NCBI GenBank assembly: GCA_016618085.1
Contig: JABLTG010000003.1
Location: 124,001-188,000, forward strand
DNA from: Neovahlkampfia damariscottae
Taxonomy: Eukaryota
Direction: 5' to 3'
Length of the DNA stretch: 64,000 bases
Below the pieces are notes generated by a model. The model was not told where the DNA came from, searched no databases, and saw only the letters and a list, made by a program, of their open reading frames with translations. The position numbers were made by a program, and so were the translations under genes. Positions 1-12,453 of the stretch are shown here, piece after piece. Position 1 is the first letter of the stretch. Each line of letters starts with the position of its first letter.

Positions 1-1077
1 AAGATAAACTTTTGGTGATAACACAGGTCCCAAAAAAGTTAAATTTTCCGAATTATTCGAAATCTCTTTTGGAAGTTCATTCAAAGTTATCAATTTTTGA
101 TTTTTAATATCAAAAACTCTTTGATGTCTAAATGTCAATTCAGCTTTAATAAAATTTTTTTTATAATTTTTAGGAATAGAAGAAGCATCAAATACTTTTT
201 CCAATTGTTCAAAAATAGAATCAATTGATTTATAATCTCTAACAATTTTATAAGCATTAACAATACCAATTCCAGGTAAAGAATCTAAATAATCACAACC
301 TGATAAAACACACATTCTAATTAGCATATCATGTGTAAAATTAACAAAACTGAGATCAGTATTCAATCCTAGATTTCTCAAAATAACTTCTTCACCATTT
401 CCATATTTATCCATTTTATATAATGTTCTAGGGCACTCATAAGGAATCAAATCAGAATCTTCAGTGATAATTGCGTGAACTAAACAATAAATTAATTTTT
501 TGTTATTTTTTACCATAGTTTGTTCGACAGAGGAATGCTAATTGAGCATCTGCTTCATATGGAGAAACTACATATTCAACTTTCAATTCATCCAATTTTT
601 TCATTAATTCTTTTGCCATTTTTGGTGTAACATCAACTGCTTTTTTGAAACAATCTTGAGCTCCTTTTAAGTTTCCATTTCTCAATAACATAATTCCTTC
701 ATCTTGATTTCTTTGTCTTGATTCTCTTCTTTCAATTTCTTTTTCTTTTTTAGAAGGTAAATAACCACCATCTATTCATCAAATTGAAAATTAAAAAAAA
801 AAAAATAATGAACCAAAAACGATAACAGGTATGATTTTATGGTATAATAACATTTTTACCATATTGACACAATATGTTAAATACCTTGTATTTTTTAGTT
901 TTCAGTTTTGTTTTACTTGTCTGTTGGTATATTTTGGACTAATTCTTGACAACAACTTAAAACACCTCTATGGAGCCATACATAAGCATCTACACCAACT
1001 TTTTTATTTGAATACTCTTTTATATGTTTCTTTTCTATTATGCTTTTCAGTTTTGGCAGTAATCCATTAATACCCAT
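1..1077 (-). CDS. EXO1: Exonuclease 1 (XPG/Rad2 family), 3' end runs off the window; at least 3 introns
   Basis: Spliced translation MGINGLLPKL..VGVDAYVWLHRG..VFDGG..SPYEADAQLAFL..AIITEDSDL..SGCDYLDSLPGIG; GT-AG introns at about 480-513, 772-813 and 885-916. Confidence 0.92.
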
Positions 1078-1156
1078 GATTCGTCTTCAGAGGTTTGGTT
1101 TAGTTTGGACCAATGAAATGGAATTCGTGACAATTGGCGAAATAAAACATGAGTGT

Positions 1157-2320
1157 TTATTTAGATTTTTTTTTCTTTTTTCTTTTGGTGAGTGATTTTG
1201 ATGAATTTGGAATTTCTTCTTTTTCATTTGTTGATTTTTCTTCGGTTTCTAAAATTGGAGATGAAATCTCATTTTCATTTGTTGATTCAATTATTGATTC
1301 AAATTTAGATAAATCTTCATTTTTGTCAATACCTGAATCTTGTATTTCTTGATTGTTTAATTCAATTTTCTCTTCATCTTTATCATCTTCGATTTCAAAG
1401 TGTTCAACAATCTCTTCTTCGATATTTTCATCTTCATTTTCTTCTTCAGAGTTTTGAGAAATGAAAATTGTTCCAAAACAAAACAAAATTAAAATTGTCT
1501 CAAAAAGGAATATCAAAAATAAACTAATGGTAATTACAGAAGTTCTATAATGATAAATATAATATCTCCAACCCCCTATTTCTCCAAAAAAATCAATATT
1601 TGAATTATATAAATGAATGTTTGTGTTCATTAAAGAAACACGAATAGTATCTGCTTGTTTGATCTGATAATGAAAAATTAAAAATTGAATATAAATACTT
1701 TTTGATTTAAATCATTTAAAATGAATTCATCTTTTGATATGATCATTTCAATAAAATGATTTTGCTTCTCGGAAATTAAATTTGAAATCAATAGGAAAAT
1801 GTTCAAAGATTTCCAAATTAATTTGACAAAATAACTTTGATAACTTAATGTACACTAAATTGACTGTTTTAGAATTCTTTTTTTTTTTTTTTACACTTCT
1901 TTTGGAGATAAAAATTGATGTTGAATTTTTTAACAATTCAAACTTTGTCATAAACATTCCAATTTTCAAATTATGAGGTGATTCAGGGATTTCAAATGAC
2001 ATTACTATTTGTTTTAAATTGGTGTATTCATTATCTACAAACTTTTTTAATTTATTTTTTTTACTTTCAAGTTGAAACCAATTTGGTTGATTTGTGAGAG
2101 AAATATTCGTTGATGGAGATTGTTCACTTTCCAATATTTATATATATATAAAATAATACCTATGATCAAAATGTAGAGGATATCCAAAATGCAAAGAAGG
2201 ATGAGCTTCCTTTGTGAATTTAAAAATTTGAAAAATAATAAAAAATGAAGTTGTTGAATATACCAACGTAAATATCAGTATCAATGATAAAACTAAAACT
2301 ACTTTAAAAACTTTTTTTCT
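1157..2320 (-). CDS. Seipin (BSCL2/Fld1 family) lipid-droplet protein; start codon unresolved (near 2310-2370)
   Basis: Two TM segments flanking PESPHNLKIGMFM and, after splicing, SKRSCTLSYQSY..EKQ and GGWRYYIY; acidic C-terminal tail; 3 small introns. Confidence 0.75.
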
Positions 2321-2401
2321 AACACGAAATCAAACACTTTGTGCAAGACATCAAAACCTATATCATTGGATAAAAAAAATTGAACCAATAACTTTGTCAA
2401 A

Positions 2402-3618
2402 ATGAACAAATTGGTTTTGGACAAAGTGAAGAAACACATTCTAAGTGGAAAACTAGTTAAATTCCAAATGGAGAAACAAAATGAAACTTTCAAAAAGATC
2501 ACTATTCGACCTGTTTTACTGAAGAAAGAAAATTATTTTCAATTTTCATTTTTCACCAAAACACAAGGTAAAAGTTAATTTATTAATGTATTTTAGATAT
2601 CACTAAAAACTTTAAACCTGAAGAAAGTGAAGAAAAAATTGAAAAAATTTTGAGTGAAAATTTTGAAAGAATTGAATTGAAATTGTCTGATCAAACACAA
2701 TTCATTTCAAAAAATGGAAAGGTTAAAATCAAACCAGGTGAAAATAAAACAAATTTGAATCATGATGCCGTGAAGAATCATTATTTAAAAGAGAATGAAA
2801 GAATCTTTGGATATTTTGGATTTACCAAAGAAAAAGGAAAAATAAGTGATAATAAATATGCTAAATTTCGTCAAATTAATGAATTCATTAAGAAAATTGA
2901 TGAAACTGGAATTTTGAATCATCAAAAAAAAAATTTCAATTTTGTTGATTGTGGATGTGGAATTAGTTATTTGAGTTTGGCGTTTTATTATTATTTGAAT
3001 AAAATTGGGTTTGAAAATGTTAAATCCATTGGGATTGATGTTAATGAAGATGTTATTGCAAAAGCTGAAAAGTTAGCTGATAAATTGAAGTTTAATTCAA
3101 AATTCTTAACATCAAAAATTCAGGATGTTCCTGAAGAATTTATTCAAAAAGAGTTTAGTAAAACTGAAGATGGTACAGGTTCTGATAATGTTGATATATT
3201 GTTTGCTTTACATGCTTGCAATACTGCAACAGATGAATCCATTGCTAAAGGTATCAGATTAAATTCCAAAGTTATCATATGTGCACCATGTTGTCATCAT
3301 GAAATCAAACTAAATGATAAAAATGAATCCATTTTACAGTATGGCATCTTGAAAAATCGATTTGAAGATATTTTAACTGACACATTTCGTGCTTTAATTT
3401 TGAAGATATTTGGATATAAGACAGAAGTATTTGAATTTATTTCACCTGAACATACATCAAAAAATATAATGATAAGAGCTGTTAAAACTCAACAAATGGG
3501 AAACAAGAAATATTTGAAAGAGTACAAAGAACTCAAAGAAAGATGGAATATTTCACAAACGAAATTGGAAGAGATTTTGCAATTTGAGATCAAAGAATTA
3601 TCTAGAGACGATTTATGA
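2402..3618 (+). CDS. Bacterial-type class I SAM methyltransferase (Methyltransf_32-like); one intron 2568-2596
   Basis: KFRQINEF, VDCGCGISYL, ALHACNTATD, APCCHHE, EFISPEHTSKNIMIRA; a 29-nt GT-AG intron joins ATG 2402 in frame to the long ORF. Confidence 0.85.
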
Positions 3619-3679
3619 ATAAAACTTTTTCAACCAACAAAAGAATCGAAACGTGTTCGTAATTCATTGGCTAAAAAAA

Positions 3680-4231
3680 ATGTTGAGATTTACCAAACAA
3701 ACTAAAACACTTCTCAGAAAATTAACAACAGAACCGAAAAAAATAAAGTTGGTACCTGAAGGTTTTGAAAAAAAATGGGCTATTGGTGAACATGATTCAC
3801 ACCACGAAGAATACACAGATTTTGATGGAAGAATTGGAAATCAACCAGTAAAAAAAAAAAAAAAAAAATTTAACTTAATGAAAAAGAGAACAGCACCAAA
3901 ATCAAATAAAATAAGTCTTTTTTTACCATTTATGGCTGCAGTTTTCGCAACAGCTCTGTTTGGTTATTTAGTTGCTCCACCTTCAATGCAAAAGTGGTCA
4001 AGAGAAGAAGCACTTCGTAGACGTAAAGTAGCATATGAAACATATTTGAAAGAAACTAAAGGAAAATCAGATGAAGAAAAACTCCAATACATAAAAAAAA
4101 ATACATTCAGATTTGAAGATCAACCAGAATTATCAAAAGAAGAACAAGATGAAATTTTGAAAGAAAAATTCGATGAATTTCAAAAAATAACTGATGAAAC
4201 TGGAATTGTTTTCACAAATGTTAAAAATTAA
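3680..4231 (+). CDS. Probable complex I accessory subunit (ESSS/NDUFB11-like); probable intron 3848-3886
   Basis: Mitochondrial-type presequence MLRFTKQTKTLLRKL; single TM followed by PPSMQKWSREEALRR. Confidence 0.6.
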   Translation: MLRFTKQTKTLLRKLTTEPKKIKLVPEGFEKKWAIGEHDSHHEEYTDFDGRIGNQPVKKKKKKFNLMKKRTAPKSNKISLFLPFMAAVFATALFGYLVAPPSMQKWSREEALRRRKVAYETYLKETKGKSDEEKLQYIKKNTFRFEDQPELSKEEQDEILKEKFDEFQKITDETGIVFTNVKN

Positions 4232-4255
4232 AAAATTTCAATTTTTGAATATTTT

Positions 4256-4927
4256 TTATTGAGTTTGAAGGTTTTTTAATTTTTCAATTTGTTTTTTCAT
4301 TTCTTCTGACATCACAACTAAATCAATGTCTTTTACATTTTCTTCTTTTTCTTTGTGTTTTGTCTCCATTTTGTCATATTTATTTGCTCTGATCATGAAT
4401 AAAATGGATTCTAAAATTAAAGCTAATACTGCACCTAAAGCACCGAATAATATTCTTGGTAGTTGTTTGTAGGCCATATATTGACTTCCAAAATAAAAAA
4501 CTAAAAAAAAAGTTGCTACTGTAACTACTAAATCTAAACCTGTTGCTGCTTGACCTTTAAATGTATCATATGGTTTTCTTTCTATCTTTGGTTTTGTTAC
4601 TTTTTCCATAATTTGTCCATATTTTTGTTGTTCTTCTATTTTTTTATTTCTTTCATATTTTTTAAGGTATTCTGGTGATTTAACAATTGGTTTAGGTTTT
4701 TCAAAGTAATATTCAGTTCCTTGTATAGTTTCGTAAATTGTTATTTTTTTTTCTTTTGGAAAAAGAGAAATTGCTTTTTTTAAAATTTGAAAATCAACTG
4801 CTTCTGTTGTTTCCATCTCTTTAGTAAAATTAATGATATCATTTTCTTCTTTAGTTTCTTTTTTACAGTATTGTAGTGATTCTTTCATCACTTGTTTCAT
4901 TTTTGGTGTCAACTTGAGGAGTGGCAT
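4256..4927 (-). CDS. VMA12: V-ATPase assembly factor Vma12/TMEM199-like
   Basis: PKP..KSPEY..EQQKYGQI followed by two C-terminal TM helices; size fits the family. Confidence 0.7.
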   Translation of the reverse strand: MPLLKLTPKMKQVMKESLQYCKKETKEENDIINFTKEMETTEAVDFQILKKAISLFPKEKKITIYETIQGTEYYFEKPKPIVKSPEYLKKYERNKKIEEQQKYGQIMEKVTKPKIERKPYDTFKGQAATGLDLVVTVATFFLVFYFGSQYMAYKQLPRILFGALGAVLALILESILFMIRANKYDKMETKHKEKEENVKDIDLVVMSEEMKKQIEKLKNLQTQ

Positions 4928-5000
4928 TGAAGAGAAAATAATTGGTGGAGAATTCGGATGATTCTTTAAGATAAAATAACTATTTATTTATAAATACAAA

Positions 5001-5300
5001 TTATTGAGTTTCATCACTTTTTAATGATGAAAGAGCATCATTGATTTTCTCAGAAACTTTGTCCGAAACTTCTTTCAAATTCTCTTTGCCCATATCTATT
5101 TGGTTTGCAATTTTTAATTTTTCTAATTCAACTTTATACCATGTATCAAGGTCTTCTTTTTCTTTTTGCATGACTAAAAGTTCTTTATTGCTGTTCATGA
5201 TTTTAGTTGCTAATTCATCATAATTTGTATCTAATTTTTGCTTTTGGAGTAAATAATCGTCTTTTACAAAGTCTTGTACTGTTGGTTTTTCGAAATTCAT
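5001..5300 (-). CDS. Small coiled-coil hypothetical protein
   Basis: 99-aa ATG ORF with coding-like composition and a CCAAT box about 30 nt upstream. Confidence 0.55.
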   Translation of the reverse strand: MNFEKPTVQDFVKDDYLLQKQKLDTNYDELATKIMNSNKELLVMQKEKEDLDTWYKVELEKLKIANQIDMGKENLKEVSDKVSEKINDALSSLKSDETQ

Positions 5301-5496
5301 GTTTCTTTTTTTGTTGAAAATGAATCAGGATTGGCAGTATTTATTGAGGACAGTTCGGGTATTCCACCAATCAATTTTTCTAACTTTTTAATTCCAATTG
5401 GTGAAACAACCGGAAAGCATTTCATTTGATGAATTCTGTTTATTATTTTTTGGTTTTCAATATTGATTTTGAAGTGAAATCCATAAAGTATTTATT

Positions 5497-7010
5497 TCAA
5501 ATTTTTTGTTTAATTTTTCTTTCTTTACGAAAAGAATCCCATAAACGCTTTTCACTTTCTCCATGAGCAAATCCACATTCATAACTTTTATCTAAATGTC
5601 CATTTCTGTTATCTCCATTTAAGAAATGAATGCATAATTCTTTTTTCCATAAATCATTCACAGATAAAATGTGAGAAACTGATTCTTCAAAAGAAGCATC
5701 AGAAGGAGCATTTTTGAAAATATCACACTTTAATGTCTTTCTAATGGTTCCAAAATTTGAATTTTCAGGAATTTTGAGAACTTTTGAGTTTGATGAATCT
5801 ATTTGTGTGAAATTTTCTGAGAATTTTGAGGCATTTGATAACCATTCATGTTTGACTGGAGCTGTAAGACCTATCAAAAATTAAATAAAAAGTCAAATCG
5901 AACGAGCACGATGATAAGCATCAATAATATTGATAATCATTGAAACATTATATCTTAATGATTTTAAAATTGCCACATAAGTGACTGAAAATACAGCAGC
6001 ATGATTACAAGTTGATGAATTGGTGTAAAAAGGTAAAAGAAAATTCATTTCATTTGTCTTAAAGTTCCAAAAAGGAACAATTGAATCAGCATTTTTCTTG
6101 AAATTTTCAATTGAATCTAATTTTAAGTTTGAAATATTTTTTTACAGTTCAATTGAATATTGAGTTGTTCATTTGATAAATTAAGATCAGAACGACTTTT
6201 CAATTCCAAAGTTGAAACTGAAAGACTTGGATTGAACACTAATAAATCTTTTGGAACTTTTGAATCAATATAAGAAACAACTTGAGGTAGTTGATCGTTT
6301 TGAATTGGAGGGATGATCAATTTTCCATCAAATAATTTCGGATTTTGAATTTGAAGCAACTTGGAAGTAAAATCTAAAATATGAATTCCAATGATAGATT
6401 TTAATTGTTTTTCATCAAAGAGTGCTGATTTCTTATGAAAGAATTGTAAATACATTTCATTTGTCTTTTTTTGTTTTGAACCTGATTGATCAATGTAAGG
6501 AGCTAAAGCACAAAAAAGAGGTTCACCATCTGCTTCAGCAATTAACCCAGTATTCCAAAAAACAAGAATTGGAGTTTTTTGATCTTTTACATAATAAGGA
6601 GTCCATGTTGTTCCAGTTTCTTTTTTTTTGTCAAAGTTTGCAAGAAGCATGAGAGTTTTGGATTCATAAAGACATCTTCTGAAAGTATAACAAAGATAAT
6701 CATAAAAAACGTGCTCATCTTTTCCAAAATATTCTTTAGGAATAATTTCAAGCAACATATTAATTTGACGATGACAAAACTTCTTTTGAAGCAATCCGCG
6801 ACCTGTATTGAGACCCCAGAGTCGTTTTCCATTGAAAAAATTTGAAGATTCGGTGCTCCATGAAAGAAAGTTTGGTTTTTCGACAATTTTTTCTTCTATT
6901 TGAGCTGAATCTTTTAATGAGGTTTCGTTATAAGTTGAGCTACTCTTTTCTGTGCTCGCATGAATGATTCCTTGGATTTTAATTTTTTGTTCACCGTCTT
7001 TTCTATTCAT
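5497..7010 (-). CDS. DUF3825-like domain protein with a C-terminal CCCH-type zinc finger; 3' end uncertain
   Basis: YDYLCYTFRR, FWNTGL..GEPLF, IVPFW..NFLLPF, DAYHRARL..EWL after removing introns near 6117-6145 and 5871-5903; then KKELCIHF..ECGFAHGESEKR. Confidence 0.6.
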
Positions 7011-7100
7011 AATTTTATTTTCGTTGGCTTGGCTCAATCTAATGTCCAATCGTATTAATAGTGTTGACCTATCAAATTTCTGAAAAAAGCGCGAATTATT

Positions 7101-8825
7101 TTATTGAAATGAATCAAAGGTTTCCACAACATCAACCATCTTTTCGTTTGAAACAACACATCTAGTTTGAAGATAATTATTCAAACCCCATTTTCCAAGT
7201 TCTCTTCCAATTCCAGATTTCTTCATCCCTAAAAATTTAATTATTTTCCAATGAAAGTTACCTCCCCATGGTGCTTCATAAAAGAATGGTTGTGAACAAT
7301 TATACCAAACTACACCAGATTTTAATTTCTTTCCAATTCTATTCAACCTTTTAGCGTCAGATGACATTACAGAAGCTTTTAGAAAGTTTAATAATCAAAT
7401 TCAAAATATTCACCTGCTAGTCCATATTTTGTATCATTCGCAAGTTCAATAGCTTCATTTTCGGTTTTAAATTTCATCACAGAAAGTATTGGCCCAAAAA
7501 CTTCTTCCTTCCAAATTGTTGAATCTTTCTTTGACAAGAAAACAGTTGGTTCAATGAAATTTCCATCTAATGGTGTTAATTCAGATTCTTTTGGTCTTTT
7601 TCCACCAAATAATAATTCATCACCTTCTTTTTTTGCAATTTCAATGAAATTTAAAACTCTTTCAAATTGTGTTTTGCTGACAATTGCTCCAAGTACAACA
7701 TCTCGATTTAAGCCATTTCCAATTTTTATAGTTCCCAATTTTTTAATTAATTTTTCAATAAATGAATCATAAAAAGATTCTTCAATCAATAATCTTGATG
7801 TTGCACTGCATACCTCACCTTTACCGCCAAAAATACCAAATGCTACCCAATCAACTGTTTTGTTGAGATCACAATCTTCAAAAACAATTATTGGTGATTT
7901 TCCACCAAGTTCTAAATTGAAATTTTTCAAATCATTTCCTGATTGCGATGCTATTTTTTGACCAGTAGTCACTTGAAATTTTAAAAAATTTAGAAATTAC
8001 CAGAACCAGTAAATGAAACTTTATCAACATCTGGATGAGACACAAGTGGACTTCCTGTTGATATTCCATCTCCATTCACAACATTAATGACTCCTTTTGG
8101 AAGTTGAATTTTATCACAAATATTGGCCAATTCTAAAGCACTTAATGGTGTGTATTCTCATAGAAACGTTAAGAGATTTTGATTCAAGTTACCTGAAGGC
8201 TTCAATACCACTGTGCAACCAGCGGCAAGAGCAGGAGCAATTTTCCAAGCACTCATCACCAAAGGAAAATTGAAAGGAGTGATACAAGCTTTTAAGAGTT
8301 TAGTTTGTTTAGTTATTTCTTACCACATACTCCAACTGGTTCATGATATAATTTTGTTGAATACTCTTCGGATCCTGTTTCCAATATTTCTCCTTGTTGT
8401 TCATCGAGTTTAACTGCTAACTTTGAATAAAATTCAAAACAAGCCGCAGCATCTTCCACATCTGCTTCTGATTCTCTTATGGTTTTTCCATTATCCAATG
8501 TTTCAATAGTTGAGAGTTTTTCTTTTTCCTTTAAAAGTTCACTGGAAATTGAAAGCAAATATTTTGATCTTTCTGCACCAGATAAAGAATTCCATTCACC
8601 ATTCAATGCTATCTTAGCTGATTTAACAGCCACTAAATTTTTTTAATTTTTTCTTTTTTTTTTACAATCAACATCTTCTTTGGTTCCTGTTTGAACACTG
8701 AAATTGAGTTTTCCTGTGGCTGGATTAATGGAATCTAATGTATTTCCATATTTTGAGTTAATCCATTCACCGTTGATATAGAGCTTGTTGTACAAAAACT
8801 TGACTGAGTCACTCATTCTTTTCAT
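7101..8825 (-). CDS. Aldehyde dehydrogenase, ALDH10 (betaine/aminoaldehyde dehydrogenase)-like; about 6 introns
   Basis: [18 protein letters not shown] (catalytic Cys), [37 protein letters not shown]. Confidence 0.92.
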
Positions 8826-8868
8826 CAACAAAAAGTGTGAAGTAGAATTCGACCAATTACTTTCGATT

Positions 8869-9587
8869 ATGGAAAAAAGAACAGAAATTGGAACTGTTGT
8901 AGTTTATTGTTCATCTTCTGAAACTGTTGATAAAAAATATTTTGAAGCAGCCAAAACTTTAGGAGAAACATTAGCAAAAGGTTTGAAAGAAAAAACTAAA
9001 ATTTATCAACAGCTGACATTAATGTTGTTTATGGAGGTGGTCAATTAGGTTTAATGGGTAGATTAGCACAGTCAGCACATGAAAATGGATCAAAAGTTAC
9101 AGCTGTTATTCCTCCATTTTTTAATACAAAATCAGTTCATGTGACAGAGTAAATTTTTTTCAATGAAATTAAAACATGATAGAGAAATTGTTGTCACAAG
9201 CATGCATGAAAGAAAACAAAAAATGGCAGATTTGAGTACAAAATTTAACAAATTATTTACATATTATCAGGTGATGGAATTGTCGCTCTTCCAGGTGGAA
9301 TTGGAACTTTAGAAGAAGTTTTAGAGGCTATGACATGGAGACAATTAAGTTTAAATCACCATAAAAGTGGAAAACAAAAACCTATTGTATTGGTCAATGT
9401 TGACGGATTTTATGATAAATTAATCGCGATGCTGGATCAATTAATCGAACAATCATTTTTAAAAGGCAAACAATTTACTGTTGTAGATGATCCAAAAGAT
9501 ATTGTCAAAGTATTATATCAACATTATGATGAAGAATTATCAAAAGAAGAGATTGAATTCAAAGAAAAATTTTTAACAAAGAAATAA
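8869..9587 (+). CDS. LOG family nucleotide phosphoribohydrolase; 3 introns
   Basis: VVYCSSS, VYGGGQLGLMG, MHERKQKM, ALPGGIGTLEE, PIVLVNVDGFYD. Confidence 0.9.
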
Positions 9588-9749
9588 ACAGGTTTTGACA
9601 ACGGAAAATTTTTTTGTTCATTAAATTGTTTTCTTTGAGTGAAGATGGAGTTTCTTTGACATTCCTTTTTGTTGAACTTTTTCTGATTGTTCATTCAAAA
9701 ATTCTTTTCCAGAAATTGTTGATGTTTGCAACAAAAATTATCGAATAAA

Positions 9750-10528
9750 GATCAACCAAAGAAAGAGAATATAACAATATTAAAAAAAATGATGTACATG
9801 ATTTGTTGAAAAATTCCTTAGCCAATCAAACTGGAAGAATGTTTGCAATGACAGAGGAATTAAAAGAGGATAAACAATTCATATTGGAAGCAGTAAAACA
9901 GGATGGTTCTTCACTTCAATATGTATCCAAGGAACTGCAAAATGATAAAGAAGTAGTGTTGGTGGCAGTGAAACAACATGGTTCTTTTCTTCAACATGCG
10001 TCATCAGAATTAAAAAATGATAAAGAAAAGTTTTAGGAGCAGTAAAAGAATTTGGTCATGCACTTAAATCGGCATCAGGAATTAAAAAATGATTGTGAAG
10101 TAGTTCTGGAAGCACTAAAAGAACAAGGTTATTTGCTTGAATATGCATCCAACGAATTAAAAGAGGATAAACAATTCATTTTGGAAACAATAAAACAAAA
10201 TGGTCTTTCACTTCAATGGGCTTCTTCGGAATTAAAAAATGATAACGAAGTAGTTTTGGAAGCAGTAAAACATAAGGTTTATTCTCTTAAAAATGCATCC
10301 AAAAAATTAAAAGAAGATAAACAATTCATTTCGGAAGCATTAAAACAAAATGGTTCTTTACTTCGATATATACCCAAAGAATCTAAACAGGATAAAGAAA
10401 TTGAATGGACATCTAAAAAATATTTTAAATTCATCAGAGAAATTTCCGCATACAATGTTACGTTTCACTTCAAACTTTGTGTGAAAACAGAAAACAAAAT
10501 TGATGAAAATAATTGTGAAACAAAATGA
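9750..10528 (+). pseudogene. DUF4116 repeat protein, disrupted
   Basis: Tandem ~25-aa repeats (ELKNDKEVVLEAVKQ.G..L.YAS); upstream in-frame TAA at 9746 and two frameshifts near 10030 and 10078. Confidence 0.75.
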
Positions 10529-10744
10529 ATAAATTTCCATCAACTATAAGACAATAAATTTTGGGAGTGATCCAAACTCTAGTTTGTTGTCATGATTTTG
10601 AAAAGTATATGAGCAGGAGTTTGAAAAATGGAAAAAAGAAAATTTTCATTTTATTTCACAGTTTAACCAAAAAAATGATGAAATAATTTCCTGTTGAAAA
10701 CCGAAAAAATTGACGAACCACATAAAAGAATGAATTTTTTTTGC

Positions 10745-10800
10745 ACAAACAACAATGACAACACCAAAAACACCAACACCAACAACAACAACAACAACAA
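10745..10800 (+). repeat. Imperfect (CAA/CAC)n microsatellite
   Basis: caaacaacaatgacaacaccaaaaacaccaacaccaacaacaacaacaacaacaa. Confidence 0.7.
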
Positions 10801-11446
10801 ATGATTGTCACTTTGTTGCTTTTGATCAAAAGTCGATTCATCATGTTCAAAACGAAAATTACAACCAACTCAACAAAACAGAACTTTAAAAATTATTGTT
10901 TGCTGCCAATGTTGCCACCCCACCGAATCTTGACATACAACAATTGAAAACAATCACCAAAAACAAATTTGGAGAAATTAAAAAAATTATTCAAAACTTA
11001 GTTGTTTCAGAAAATTCAAAAAAAAGAAAACTATTGCATCATGGGCTTTTAATTTTGCAACTGATACTTCATCTTGATATTTGTTTGAAAGGTCTGCATT
11101 TTGTAGTAGTTTTTTTAATTTTACAATAATGACAATAGTTTCATGCACTTCAAAACATGTGAAAAGTAAATTAGATGTTGAAGATACCAGGACTGTTATT
11201 TTTAAAGCTGGAAAATCTGAATTTGAAACAACAAATTTGGAAAATTTAAAAAAAAGAAATTTATTTGTTTAAATTTGGTGCATTTATCAATTAGCATCAG
11301 TTTTACCATATTCTAAAGGTGAACATCTTGATGTACAACATGTTTTCAAATTTTTAAATGAATCTATTAAATTAATTACTCAAACAGTTGATAAAAAATA
11401 TGATGATTTTTAAAAAGTTATTTCAAATGATTTAAAAAATACAATT

Positions 11447-12138
11447 TTAAAAGAAAAATGTGTGTGTTATAACTTTGTGAATGTTAACTTTTCCTACATT
11501 TTGAATATTCTTCACACTTTTCTTGAATTGCATATATTCCTTGATGTTTGAAGGTCTCTTGTGTGGAAATTTTTTCCAACATTTATCTGAGTTCTGTTTT
11601 CTACCACAATGATTGCATTTTTGGTTTCCTGTCTGATTCTTCATGGACTTTATTATTTCATTTGCTTGATGTAATAAATATAACTTGAATTTAGATTGGA
11701 ATTTACGTTTTCCCCTTTTTTATGTTTATCATCAACAAAATGAACCTTTTGATAGTTCTTTGAACCTAGATTCTCTGAATACATGGTTGAACTGTTGGTA
11801 TCAAATTTCAATCTTGTATCAACCACTTGGTTTTGATATGAAGAGGCAATTCCCCTAACTATATTTATAGCTTCTTGTAATTTGTGTACTCTTGGTAATT
11901 GCTTCTTTAAAATGAATAATTTAACTTCTTGTTTTGAAATTTGATTTCTTCTTTAGTTGATAATTTCCTTTTTTATATGATCAGGATATGAGTTGAAGAA
12001 AATTTCAACTAGGCAATAATTATCATTTAAATTTAAACATTTTGCATTTAATTTCCATCTATTTTTGTATGTTATGAATGTTTCAGCATATTTTGGTTTT
12101 ATGTTAGTTAGAATTTTGATTTGTTCTTCATCATTCAT
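11447..12138 (-). mobile_element. Degenerate retroelement gag-like remnant
   Basis: Capsid-like ETFITYKNRWK..EIFFNSYPDHIK and a zinc-knuckle remnant CNHCGRKQNSDKCWKKFPHKRP, separated by stops and frameshifts. Confidence 0.5.
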
Positions 12139-12453
12139 TAAATCAAATTTCCATTTTTAAAATTTCCATTTTAGAAAAAGTAGTACATTGTAGATTCTAA
12201 CTTGAATTTGGGATTTTTTAGAAAAAATAAATTGAAAAAAAAAAGTGTTGGAAAAATATGAAAGTTACAAATGAAGTTATTTATAAGCTTAATAAAATAT
12301 AATTGGATTCTATACCTGAATAATTTTAGTTTGAAATACTTTTCTTTCATAATGTTCAAATTGAATTTGCACAAATCTCGAGAACATATCTAAAGCCAAC
12401 AAGAATTCTTTTAAATTGATTCATGAGGTACGAAAATTTCATTGGACAAAAAA

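Noticed and set aside
5297..5490. Extra last exon of the DUF3825-like gene ending in an ATGA overlap with the next ORF
   Set aside because: An open frame exists but I found no canonical AG acceptor that joins it in frame, and the stretch contains CCAAT boxes suited to the downstream gene
9850..10400. CRISPR-like regularly spaced repeats
   Set aside because: These are degenerate ~75-nt coding repeats of a DUF4116 protein, with no unique spacers and no cas genes
10656..10868. Poly-Cys ORF
   Set aside because: Antisense reading of the CAA microsatellite
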